Origin: Octopus sinensis
Lineage: Eukaryota
Direction of reading: 5' to 3'
Length of the DNA stretch: 64,000 nt
NCBI RefSeq assembly: GCF_006345805.1
Contig: NC_043025.1
Coordinates: forward strand, 14,570,001 to 14,634,000
The notes below the pieces were generated by a model. The model worked only from the letters and a program-made list of their open reading frames with translations. It had not been told where the DNA came from and did no database searches. Shown piece by piece: positions 26,962 to 39,774 of the stretch (within the stretch, counting starts at the first letter, position 1; each line of letters starts with the position of its first letter). The position numbers and the translations under genes are program-made.

Positions 26962-27005
26962 ACACCTGATAAAGGCTGGAGGGTATATCAGCTGAAAAGT
27001 TGTGT
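26962..27005 (+). ncRNA. Degenerate minimal hammerhead motif (GGCTG family) in a PLE-like terminus
   Basis: ACAC-CTGATAA-A-GGCTG-gagggtatat-CAGCT-GAAA-AG-TT-GTGT, with G8A and a stem III mutation. Confidence 0.55.
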
Positions 27006-28680
27006 TAACAACAAACATGATGAGGACAAATATCCGTCGAATGTAAATAATGTAAATAAGAAGCAGGTTTCTTAGAACAAATTATCTCTATCCATCACTC
27101 TACCAATCTGTCTCTCCCTCTCTCTCTATCTCTCTACGTATCTGTCTATCTTCCAGTCTCTCTCTTTCTCTCTCTATATATCTGTCCATCTATCCATTTA
27201 TTTGTCCATCCATCCATCAATCCATCCCTCTATCTGAGTCTTGGAATTTACCCCCCATGGACAATAACCCCTCAAGGATAATACCCCTATGGACAACAGA
27301 TAATGATTTAAAATTTCTTAATATATTAGACAGGGAGTAATTGTTGTTGTCCCTAGGGGAAGAATTGTCCTCGGCGGGTAATTGTCCCAATACGTTATTA
27401 TACTATATATATATATATATATATATATATTGTAAAAATACATCCTATTATTTCTTTATTGCCCACAAGGGGCTAAACATAGAGGGGACAAACAAGGACA
27501 GACAAAGGGATTAAGTCGATTATATTGACTCCAGTGTGTAACTGGTACTTATTTAATCGACCCCGAAAGGATGAAAGGCAAAGTCAACCTTGGTGGAATT
27601 TGAACTCAGAACGTAACGGCAGACGAAATACAGTTAAGCATTTTGCCCGACATGCTAAGTTTCTTATTTCTTTATTGCCCACAATGAGCTAATCATGGAG
27701 GGGACAAACAAGGACAGACAGTGGGCGGTGCTGCCCCTATGGGGGTGATGAAAAGATGCAAGAGGAGGGGGGGCCGTTGAAGAAAAATGGGGCAATAATG
27801 GGTTGACCAAAACGGGACAATGGATATAAAAACAAAAAACACAAACAAAATAACGCGTTAATTAGGTTAAGTTTTATTAATGAAATACTGTTTTGAATTT
27901 GCTGCAGAAAATGGTGAGTGGGGGATGGGAGGAGCACTAAGAATGTGGCCTTAGAACCAAGGGGGTGGAACTGGTCTAACCCATGCTGGCATGGAAGATG
28001 GATGTTGATGATTGTGTGCAACAATATTGCAAACAAAAAAAACAAACTACCAAACTTGATTTTTAGAAATTTTTTCTCAACCATCAACTCTAATTTTTGA
28101 TTACTGTGGTCGTCACATGGTTAGAATCTGTCACACACACACCTGCATATATACCTGTATGTATACACACACACACATCTGTACAGCTGTCAGTCAATGA
28201 CCTCGCAAGAGTCCTGTCTCGCTCTGCAAAGCAAGACACAACATGTCTGTCCGTCCGTCCGATGCTAATCTGGGATATTTTTATTTAACAAATCCCCAGC
28301 AGGACAGATTATGTCCCTCCCTCCCCTCCACCACACACATACACTCACACACACACACACACGCAGGTGTATGAAGACATTCTTCTTCCTTCCTCTCTTC
28401 TCCTTCCTCTCCCTCCTTCCTCCTCATCCTTCACAGAAAACACACTAAATCATTATTATTATGGTGGGGAGCTATCAGAATCATTAGCCAGCTGGATGAA
28501 ATGCTTAGCGGTAATTCACCGGTTGCTACATTCTGAGTTCAAATTCTGCCATGGTTAGCTTTGCCTTTCATCCTTTCGGGGGTCAATAAATTAAGTACCA
28601 GTTGCATATTGGGGCTGATGTAATCGACTGGCCCTGCCTCCCCATCCACATTTCAGGCTTTGTGCCTATAGTAGAGAGGA

Positions 28681-28716
<36 letters not shown>

Positions 28717-28937
28717 AGCAGTGTTTTACAACTGGATGTCCTTCCTGTTGCTAACTCCCTCCTCTAGGTCTTTTATGGTGCGGTGGGCTGTATGTACCTG
28801 TATTAAAACGAGAAATACTTATACAAACACACACACACACACATATACATACATATATAGTAAGAAATTACAAAAAGACAAAAGACGAAGACAGGTGTAT
28901 AAACAACAAACAGATGTATTTGTTCAGGTGAGAAAGT

Positions 28938-28973
28938 CTTTAACGTTTCGAGCCTACGCTCTTCGACAGAAAG
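28938..28973 (-). ncRNA. Minimal type I hammerhead-like motif with A6U core (GAGC family)
   Basis: Reverse complement: CTTT-CTGTCGA-A-GAGC-gtag-GCTC-GAAA-CG-TT-AAAG. Stems I and II are 4 bp each, and ACGT is palindromic. Confidence 0.6.
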
Positions 28974-30039
28974 GAACACAGAAATAAGCAGGGAGAGAAA
29001 ATAAAAAAGGTTTGAGAAATACATACACACGTAGGCGTAGGAGTGGCTGTGTGGTAAGTAGCTTGTTTACGAACCACATGATTCTGGGTTCAGCCCCACT
29101 GCGTGGCACCTTGGGCAAGTGTCTGCTACTATAGCCTTGGGCCAATCAAAGCCTTGTGAGTGGATTTGGTAGACGGAAACTGAAAGAAGCCGTCGTATAT
29201 ATGTATATGTATATATATGTGTGTGTGTTTGTGTGTCTGTGTTTGTCCCCCCAACATCGCTTGACAACCGATGCTGGTGTGTTTACGTCCCCGTAACTTA
29301 GCGGTTCGGCAAAAGATACCAATAGAATAAGTAATAGGCTTACAAAGAATAAGTCGTGGGCTCGATGTGCTCGACTAAAGGCGGTGCTCCAGCATGGCCA
29401 CAGTCAAATGACTGAAACAAGTAAAAGAGAATAAAGAGTATATAAATAGCTTGTAGAGTTAGGGGTTGGAGTAACCGTCTGAAGGATAAAAGTATCCGTT
29501 CTAGATGGGACACAATCTGTTTGTTTTGAATTAAAAACTAATAATTGATGCTCAGTCAACTGTTGTTGATCAACAGTTCTCCACTTTCTGTTTACTTTCA
29601 ATTATATATATATATACACACAAACACGCATATTCAGTTGTGTATTCACAAACATATTTTCAAAAGGAGTGTGTGCATGTATATGTATGTCTATACACAC
29701 ATACACACACACGTGCATGCACTTATATTTTACGTGTCTCGGTCAGAAAACTGGTATGGTATTCAATGTTTTATAAACATGCATTTCAGCAAAATGCCAA
29801 AATAATTATATAACAGTTGTAGAAACGTTATCCAGTCTTGGACCACTCCTCATCCTGTGTGTGCAGTATTGTTGCTATTTTGGCTCATAATCCATACACT
29901 CAACTATCGCGAGGTTAATGCTTCATGCTGTAGTGCAGTGGATATTTGGAGTGGAGTGTGGAACACACTTCTCAATTAGGTTTTTGGTTATATGTTGGTC
30001 TTCACACTGCTTTTGCTTTTCCAGTTTGTATGCACATGT

Positions 30040-30600
30040 TTGTATTCCTTACAGCTAAATGCAGGCCTCAGAGATAGTTTATGGAAACCATAGCAAAAAG
30101 CTGAACTGCTTCCACATGAACTGCATGAGAAAGCTGTTGAAAATCGCCTGGCAAGACAGGGTCCCAGACACGGAGGGTCTCTCTCAAGCTGAGGAGAGTG
30201 CAAGTCAGGTGGGTAGGCAATCTTGTTTGAATGCCTGACATGCGACTACCCAAGCGACTGTTTTACTGGGAACTGGCTGAAGGCAAGGGCACACCGAGTG
30301 TGTAGAAAAAACGCTTCAATGGGACACTCAAAGCTTAAATGAACAGCTCCGAGATCAACCCTGACACCTACAAAATGTAAGCACAAGTGCACCCTCCCTG
30401 ATGAAGCTGCACTAATACAGGTACCACCCCTACAAACAGTAGGATTGTAGGTGTACAAAGAAACTGCAACCTGTGCAAGCCCAGAGCCTACACCTTGCCT
30501 TTTGTCCCAGCTGACCACCAGTGCACGACCTGTGACAGAGCCTTCTGAGCACGCAACAGACTGCTTGGCCACAGCTGGACACACCATGCCTTGTCTTGTT
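30040..30600 (+). mobile_element. RTE-clade LINE 3' fragment (post-RT region and C2H2-like finger), decayed
   Basis: Translates to HSKKLNCFHMNCMRKLLKIAWQDRVPDTE, RWVGNLV*MPDMRLPKRLFYWELAEGK...KKRFNGTLKA and HQCTTCDRAF*ARNRLLGHSWTH, all typical of RTE ORF C-termini. Stops and frameshifts are present. Confidence 0.85.
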
Positions 30601-31715
30601 CTTTTATCTGATGTCCTTGGTTGTCATCGACAACAACAGACGAATGAATCAATATATATATATACTATAGGCGCCTGCGTGGCTGTGTCGTAAGAAGCTT
30701 GCTTCTTAACCACATGGTTCTGGGTTCAGTCCCACTGCATGGCGCCTTGGGCAAGTATCTTCTATAGCCTTAGGCCAACCAAAGCCATTTGAGTGGGTTT
30801 GGCAGACAGATACTGAAAGAAGCCCGTCGTACATATGTGTGTGTATGTGTTTGTCCCACCACCATTGCTTGACAACTGATGATGTTGTGCTTACATCCTT
30901 GTAACTTAGCATTTCAACAAAAAGAGACTGATAAAATAAGTGCTAGACTTACAAAGAATAAGTCTTGGGGTTTCTTTGGCTAAAGCCCTTTAAGGTGATG
31001 CCCCAGCATGGCCACAGTCAAATGACTGAAACAAGTATATAACTTCATTTAGTTAGATCCCTTGGATGAAAATAATCGGTGGAGCGCTTGCATGCTGTAT
31101 ATGTCTTTGTCATTATTCGTGCTGTGACATGTCAAAATTCGCAACCGTGAAGCCAACTTCTAACACAGTGTCACGCTTTGCCGAGTAATGTGATTGACCA
31201 AAGGAAAGCAACAGTTTGTTGGTCGGTTGAAGCCAGCAGTGTGACGCAGCCGTGACGACAAACACGTCGCAACTTGTGTGCAGTCATGCTTCACTTTGGA
31301 TGCATTGTTTTCATTTCTGTCCCCCCCACCTCGGCCACTCCCCCTCCCCCCATTGATATTGACTTATCACGCCTCCTGTCATGTATGAACGAGATAACTC
31401 ATCAGCTTTCCTCCCTAACACTAACCTTCGTCATACATGTCTAAGTGCATGAGCCAGACCCTGCCTCCCCACACCTTTTATCTTCAGTGTTTACCGCTGT
31501 CTATCTACCTTGTATATTGATTCCTCCATCTACCTATTTCTCTCTCTATCTATATCTCTCTCTATCTATCTACTTAACTCTCTATTTACTTATCTCTCTA
31601 TCTACCTACCTATCTATCTCTCTATTTACCTACCTACCTATCTTTCTTTCTATCTCTCTATCATCTCTCTACCTATCTACCTGCCTTTCTTTCTACTTAC
31701 CTACTTATCTCTCTC

Positions 31716-31754
<39 letters not shown>

Positions 31755-32289
31755 AAGGGGTTTGTATGATTGTGTAAAGAGGGATATATATTATTCAAAG
31801 GAATTCCCACTTTGTCTGTTTTTAATGTTTTGTTTATATTCTTTATAATATTAATGTAGAATATAGAATATATAGTATAAATAATATATGTAGTGTAAAA
31901 TGAAATGAAGTATTGATTGTCTTATTGAATAGATGAAATATTGAGTATCAAATATTAAGGGACTAGTATACTTTCTTGCATTTAAGCAGTCTTCAAGGTC
32001 CCAGGTTGTGACAGGAGTGTTTCAACTGTGTTATTCGGATTCAGTTAGGAATTTAAACACCAATTGCTGCAAACAGAAAGCAAAATCAATTGATGTTGGA
32101 ATATTCACATTCTTTGCTTCGGTATTCCATGCAATGGTAAACCTCTTTCTCCTATATTGATTGCGTTCCCAATGTGTATTTTAATGGTGAGTTAGTGGTG
32201 GTTTTAGAGTGATGACTCTGTACATTGCAAGTGGTATTTAAATATCCTACTGAATCTACATACATATATATATATGTGCTGAGACCCCC

Positions 32290-32580
32290 TACGGTCCTGA
32301 CTGACCGTGGGATTGCACCTAGAAAGTTACCCTCCCAGGTATAAGTCCGGGCAAGGTTGTTTATGGAAGACCAGCAGCCGCCCATGCATACTGGCCTCGC
32401 CTCTCCAAGCCACCATTGTTATCCAAGGGAAAGGGCAAAGGGGCCGATACAGCTTGGCACCTGTGACGTCGCAACTCATTTCTACAGCTGAGTGTCTTGG
32501 TCAAGAACACAACACGCATCCCGGTCCGGTATTCGAACTCACAACCTCATGGTCGTAAGTTCGACGCTCTAACCACTAAC
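32290..32580 (-). mobile_element. tRNA-derived SINE (further family)
   Basis: The reverse complement starts TAGTGGTTAGAGCGTCGAACTTACGACCATGAGGTTGTGAGTTCGAATACC (A and B boxes). Related heads occur at ~60745-61065(-) and ~46730. Confidence 0.7.
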
Positions 32581-32804
32581 CTATATACATTCATATATAT
32601 AGTTTTCATTATATGCCCTGTATCAGCTAATATGTAATGCTATGAATAATGTACATCATAGCATTGTGTGTGTGTGTATTAATATTTAGAAACATGAGTG
32701 ACTCAGGAACCAGGAGTTTCAATTGTTAGTACTTAAAAAGACTTTTATTTTTCCTGTTTGTCACTAAACCTATATGTTCACAGACACAAACATATCGTAC
32801 ATGC

Positions 32805-32851
<47 letters not shown>

Positions 32852-33404
32852 CCTGTTATTTTTATATTGTCTATGAAAAATGCACTTCACATAACAATGC
32901 ATACTACAGTTCGTTATGTATGTTTGTGTGTGTATATATGTGAGTATATTGCTTAAATCTGTATTTATGTGTGTATGTATCATCATCATCATCATTTAAT
33001 TCCGTTGTCCATGCTGGGAGGCTGCATCAGGATCCAGTCTGATTTCATTGGCTCAGGTGCCATTTGCGTGATACCAGTTATCTGCCATGGATGCGATTTT
33101 GCTCGGCTTGATGGACCTTCTTCTCAAGCATGACATAATGCCAAAGGTCTTGGTCATTGCCTCCTCGAGGCCCAACACTCAAAAGGAGATTAGCCACTAT
33201 ATATACATACATATATATATATAACCTTATAGGCGTAGGAGTAGCTGTGTGGTACGTAGCTTGCTTACCAACCACATGGTTCTGGGTTCAGTCCCACTGC
33301 GTGGCACCTTGGGCAAGTGTCTTCTACTATAGCCTCAGGCCGACCAAAGCCTTGTGAGCGGATTTGATAGAGGGAAACTGAAAGAAGCCTGTCGTATATA
33401 TGTG

Positions 33405-33453
<49 letters not shown>

Positions 33454-33462
33454 GACAGGCAT

Positions 33463-33493
<31 letters not shown>

Positions 33494-33496
33494 CAT

Positions 33497-33549
<53 letters not shown>

Positions 33550-34312
33550 TAGTTAAGGATGGTCTTTTATCCTTTTTTGCCAATTCAACACATACAGCAT
33601 TCATTTGCTCTTCATTCTTGCTTTTATTTCTATTATTTTTAGTGTATTTGTCAAAGCTGTTTCGTTACACCCTCTGTGACCTCATCTGGGACTCTTTGTC
33701 CTACGTGTCTCCTCTTGTCCTGCTTATTGCATTTTGTCCTTGTATGGATTGTATCTCTATCTGTGCTGGACTTTAAATCTGTGTGTTTCGTTCATGTGTC
33801 CTGAAGAGAAAATGCATTAAACAACATTCTTTACATCAATTCACTACAATTGGTGAAATGACATAATTAACATATTGTGTAACCATCATCAATCCCAGGT
33901 GAAAGGTGCACTTTCTCAGGTGATTCTTTTAAATAGCATACTACAAGGTTTTCATCTGAATCTTTTTTAACCAGATAAATTTTGCTTACATGTGATGTGG
34001 GTTCAAACCCCACAGCCTGCCTTCAACTTTTGCTATCCAGGTTTTTTTTTTTTGGCAATTCAAGATTAAGTCCAAACCGTTAACAATTAATTATATGTGT
34101 ATTCTTTTATTCTTTTACTTGTTTGTCATTTGACTGTGTCCTTGCTGGAGCACTGCCTTAAAGGGTTTCTTAATTGAAGAAATCGACCCCAGAACTTAGT
34201 CTTTGTAGGCTTAGTAGTTATCCTGTTGAACAGCAAAGTTACAGGGACATAAACACACTAACACCTGTTGTCAAACGATGATGGTGGGAACAGACAGACA
34301 AACATTTATATA

Positions 34313-34468
34313 TATATAAATTAGAAAAAGACATCTTTTACCAATTCAATAATGAAAAATTACATTTTATAGAAAGAAATCTTTCTATAATATGTAATTT
34401 TTCTAAATAGTATAAGTTAATTTTTCATTATTGTATTGATAAAAGGTGGGTTTTTTTCTAATTTATAT
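34313..34468. mobile_element. AT-rich foldback/MITE-like element
   Basis: AAATTAGAAAAA..CATCTTTTACCAATTCAATAATGAAAAATTA is inverted at the right end. There is an inner hairpin AAAAATTACAT-TATAGAAAGA/TCTTTCTATA-ATGTAATTTTT. Confidence 0.7.
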
Positions 34469-34959
34469 ATATATATATAATATTTTGTGAAATTTGATTT
34501 AGTATTTCTAAATTGAATTTTTCCCTGTAAGTTTGGAATAATATTCCCTCATATTATATATATATATGCACACATGATAGGCTTCTTTCAGTTTCTGTCT
34601 ACCAAATCCATTCACAAGGCTTTGGTTGGCTTGAGGCTATAGCAGGAGACACTTGCCCAAGGTGCCATACAGTGGGACTGAACCTGGAACCATGTGGTTG
34701 GGAAACGAGTTTCTTACCACACAGTCAAAAGTATAGAGTAACCTATCAGATTAATGTAAATTGTTTTTATCATAACAGAACATAAAAACAAACGTTTGTG
34801 TGTGTGTGTGTGTGTGTTGTAAGAAGCTTGCTTAGCAGCCACATGGTTCCGGGTTCAGTCCCACTGTATGGCACCTTGGGCAAGTGTCTTCTGCTATAGC
34901 CTCAAAGCCAACCAAAGCCTTGTGAGTGGATTTGGTAGACAGAAACTGAAAGAAGCCCG

Positions 34960-35007
<48 letters not shown>

Positions 35008-35242
35008 ATGTTTGTGTGTCTGTGTTTGTCCCCTTGTCCCCCTAACATCACTTGACAACCTATGTTGATGTGTTCACATCTCCGTAACCTAGTAGTTCGG
35101 CAAAAGACCCCGATAGAATAAGTTCTGGGGTAGATATGTTCGACTAAAGGCCGTGCTCCAGCACAGCCACAGTCAAATGACTGAAACAAGTAACAGGGTG
35201 TATATATGTGTATGTGTGTGTGTGTATATATATATATTCATT

Positions 35243-35405
35243 CTATATTTTAATGTGTCTAAGGAACCCTTTTTTGTCAAAAATTAGGTTAAAAAATGTG
35301 GGAGTTTCTTATACATGGATAGTATAATAATCCCTTATAAAACGGTTTTTCCGAATTTTAAGCCCCCCAAATTAGGGGGTTCCTTATACACATTAAAATA
35401 CAGTA
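35243..35405. mobile_element. MITE with ~24-bp TIRs
   Basis: TATTTTAATGTGTCTAAGGAACCC ... GGGTTCCTTATACACATTAAAATA. A second copy at ~50830-50990 is interrupted by a Helitron. Confidence 0.75.
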
Positions 35406-35923
35406 TATATATAGATAGATATATATATACACAAACACACACACACATGTATACAGGTTTCAAATGTGTAACACATATTTGAAATACTCATGTGCATATA
35501 TATATACACACACACAACAGGTACGTGAATATACATGAGTACATATTTGTGCATATCAATGCACTTTATATATATCTACACACACACACACTATATGTAT
35601 ATGTGTGTGTGTGTGTGTAGTGAAATTGCAAAACCAAACTTGTGTACAACTTTGAACTGGTAGCTATAAATATTGCTTAATATATAAACCACTTGATATC
35701 TGCATTTACCATACACACACACACACACACACATGTGCGTGAATGTTTTAATGTAATTCAAGGCCAGGAAGCAATGAGGAAGGTAAGACAGAATGTTAAA
35801 TAGAATCTCAGCCTCTCTATGCGCGCGCGCGTGTGTGTATGTGTATGTGTGTATAGTTACGTACGGGTATGTCTTCTCTCTCTCGGCATTGTGTTACCTC
35901 TTTGGAAATGAGCCACAAGTGCA

Positions 35924-35989
<66 letters not shown>

Positions 35990-36404
35990 TATATATATAC
36001 ACGCACACAAAATCAACTACATTGAAATCTACTTTCCTTCAATGTTTTTATAGTGTGTATTTGTGTGTGAATGTATATAAATTACTGCGTACTTCTTTGT
36101 ATATGTGTGTGGTATAATATATATATATGTATGTACATACACACACAACATATATATATATATACCTACAACATACATTCACACACGTAGTATTCTCTCA
36201 AGACACACATTGTTGTAGTCAACCTGATTGCAAGGGTCAATGACCAAGCTATGTCTGCCTACATACAATTCCGTGCGTGTCTTTATTGAAATGTTTTAAA
36301 TGGATGTATATACCTTATAAACATATATATATGTGTGTGTGTGTGTGTATATATATATAATATATATATATATATTTGTTTAAAATGGTAATGTTTGCTT
36401 ACAC

Positions 36405-36459
<55 letters not shown>

Positions 36460-36735
36460 ATCTTTGTGTTGCTCGTCATGTATTCGTTAGTTTTTACAAA
36501 TACATTATTCCTTTATTTTTCCATAATTAGTTCTCTGCCCCCCCCCACGCACCGTTAATGTTTTTTTTCCCCTTTCTTCTGTTTTATAATAGAAACAATT
36601 TTTACGATAATGTGAACGGGTTAACTCCATACTTTGTCTCGAGTACAAATTTCTTGACTTATGACGATTGACTTGACTGGCTGGAACTTCAGTCAACAAT
36701 ATTGTGTAAGAACTATATGTACATATTTATATATA

Positions 36736-36766
<31 letters not shown>

Positions 36767-37324
36767 AATGGCACAAAGAATGACCCTTCATCAGTTGTCG
36801 GCTAATTACACCTCTTAATGAATAAATCACAATTATTCATTACTATATAAACACTCTTCTCTTATGTAATTTAATGATTGCATGTTTGGCCATTGATATT
36901 CATAAATAATAATTTCTTTTGTTTACGATATATCCTTCATGATGTACTTTTACACTCCTTTTTAATTTTATATATATAGGCACAGGAGTGGCTGTGTGAG
37001 CTTGCTTACGAACCACATGGTTCCGGGTTCAGTCCCACTGTGTGGCACCTTGGGCAAGTGTCTCTTACTATAGCCTCAGGTCGACCAAAGCCTTGTCAGT
37101 GGATTTGGTAGACGGAAACTGAAAGAAGCCGTCGTATATATGTATATATGTTTGTCCCCCCAACATCGCTGGACAACCGATGCTGGTCCCCGTAAACCGA
37201 TAGAAATAAGTACTGGGCTTACAAAAAATAAGTCCTGGGGTCGATTTGCTCGACTAAAATCGGTGCTCCAGCATGGCCACAGTCAAATGACTGAAACAAA
37301 CAAAAGAGTATATAGATATATATA

Positions 37325-37565
37325 CAGGGTGTTCAAAACGTCTCTCCGCAGTATTTTATTGCAAAATAAATATAGGATGGTATAAGACCACAAAATAATG
37401 TATACACACAGACAGACACACGCATAGAGAGTTAAAAAAAAAACTTTATAAGAGATGTCGTCCCTCATTTTCAATACATAAAATTCATTTTCGTTTTTTT
37501 CCTTTGCTGCCGTGTAAGGATTTCTGAAGCTGAATTCAATGAGGGGAGACTTTTTGAACACCCTT
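37325..37565. mobile_element. Tc1/mariner-type MITE with TA TSD
   Basis: TA-CAGGGTGTTCAAAACGTCTCTCC ... GGGGAGACTTTTTGAACACCCTT-TA. Confidence 0.85.
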
Positions 37566-39391
37566 TATATATATCATCTGTAAAAAATAAAAATAAAAAG
37601 GAAAAAGAAATATAAATTCAAGAAAAGCTGTAGAGCATCATATATTAAACAATGGGGAAGGCCGGTTTATAGATGGACCTTAGGTTTCCCATCCATGAAG
37701 GGTTTAGCTTATCGTCAGATCTCAAAACCTGTTGGCCCAAGGCTAGAAATAGGTGTCAAATACCTACAATCCACTCTATACCTCAAGATTTCACAGTTTA
37801 CAAAAAAATTGCTTTGCAAAATATATATTTGTCTATGTATATACATATATACTTGTAAATAGATCTATTGTAAAATGCTCTCTCTCTCTCTCTCTCTGTA
37901 TATATATATATATATATATATATTTGTATATTTATGTAGATGTGCATATAATTATATTCGTTTATGTACATAGTGTTCATTCGTATATGTATTTGTGTGT
38001 GTATACAAGTGTATGCATACACACATGTATTTTCAAGGGACTATAGATGAAATCTCTGTCTCTCCACACACTCACACACACGTGTGTGTGAGTGTGTGTG
38101 TATAGAATATACTTGTGTATTTTTGTGATGTGCTGTGTATGTTGTCAGTGGTGATTATGTGTGTATATAAAGTATATATATGAATACATATATGAATATA
38201 TATATATGTATATATATGTATGTACATATATATTATATATATATTATATATATATATATATAATATATATGTATATATATATGTGTATATGTATGTATAT
38301 ATATGTATGTGTATACATGTGTGTGTGTATACATATGAGCTTATATGTATATTGACAGTGTTGAATGTTTGTGTCTATGTATCTCTCTATATGTATACAT
38401 GTCACACACTCATATATACAAACATACACACACGATGACTGCTTTTCTATTTGCAAAACAGACTTGTGTTTGTGTGTGTGTGTGATATATATATATACAT
38501 ATATATATATATATTATATATATATATATATATATAAAGTATAGTTATATACATATACCACATTAAAACGCGTGCACACACACACACATAACACTGTGTG
38601 TGTGTGTATAGGTGTGCGTCTGTTTATACAGGAGGTAGGTATATACAGCTGTGTTCACCAGGTGTTCAGTCCAGGTGGGCCACCTTTAGACTTGGTAAAC
38701 GCTCTCCTGACACTTCCAGTACGTTCTATGCGAACGCCAGTGTGTGTGTGTGTGTGTGTGTTTTATTCATCACAGTCAGGCCCTTACTGGGGCAGTGACT
38801 CTGTGTGTGTATATACACACACACACACAGGTGTTGTATATTGAGAGAAAGAGAGAGACATCGTTAGGTGTGTGTATGTATGTATATATATATATATACA
38901 CATACATATATATACACACACACACACACATATATATACACACACATACACGTTTTGTGTTTATTCCGCGGTGTAGCCGTCTTGGCAAATGCCTTTTATT
39001 ACAAAAACTGGGGATTTTCAGAAATACCTTTTTTGTATTTGGGAGCCGGGCATTCTGTGGAAGACCGTCTTGTGTGTGTGTGTGTATAAGCTGTTCGCTA
39101 CGTATATTGTGTATGCGTGTGCATGTAGAGAGAGTGGGAAAGAGAGAAGTGGAGATTGTGTATTTTGTCCTATTATTTCTTTTGTGGGTGCAGTGAGAGA
39201 CAGACAGACAGAAATAGCCAACGTACACAACGATAAATGCACACACACACAGTGTTTAACCACTGCTACCCCCCTCTGTCTTGTCAGGTGACAGCTCACG
39301 TGTATTTTTCTGTGTATCTATCTACCCATCTATTTAGATCTCTATCTATATATCTGTCTGTCTATCCGTCCGTCAGACTGTCATCTATCTA

Positions 39392-39429
<38 letters not shown>

Positions 39430-39774
39430 CGTCCGTCGTCCGTCTGTCTTATATCGATATTATAGATGTTTGTATAATGATAATAAATCCCTTCTACTCT
39501 AGGCACAAGGCCTGAGATTCGGAGAAGAGGGCTAAGTGCAGACCTGGTACTTAATTTATCGACCCCCGAAAGGTTGAAAGGCAAAGTCAACCTCGGCAGA
39601 ATTTGAACTCACAACATAAGTACGGACGAAATGCCGCTAAGCAAATTTGTCCGGCGTGCTAACGATTCTGCCATCTCACTGCCTTAATAATAATAATAAT
39701 AACAATGGAGAGAATTACATTTCTGTACTTTCGGGATGTGTATACACACACACACACACACACACACGGTATTG

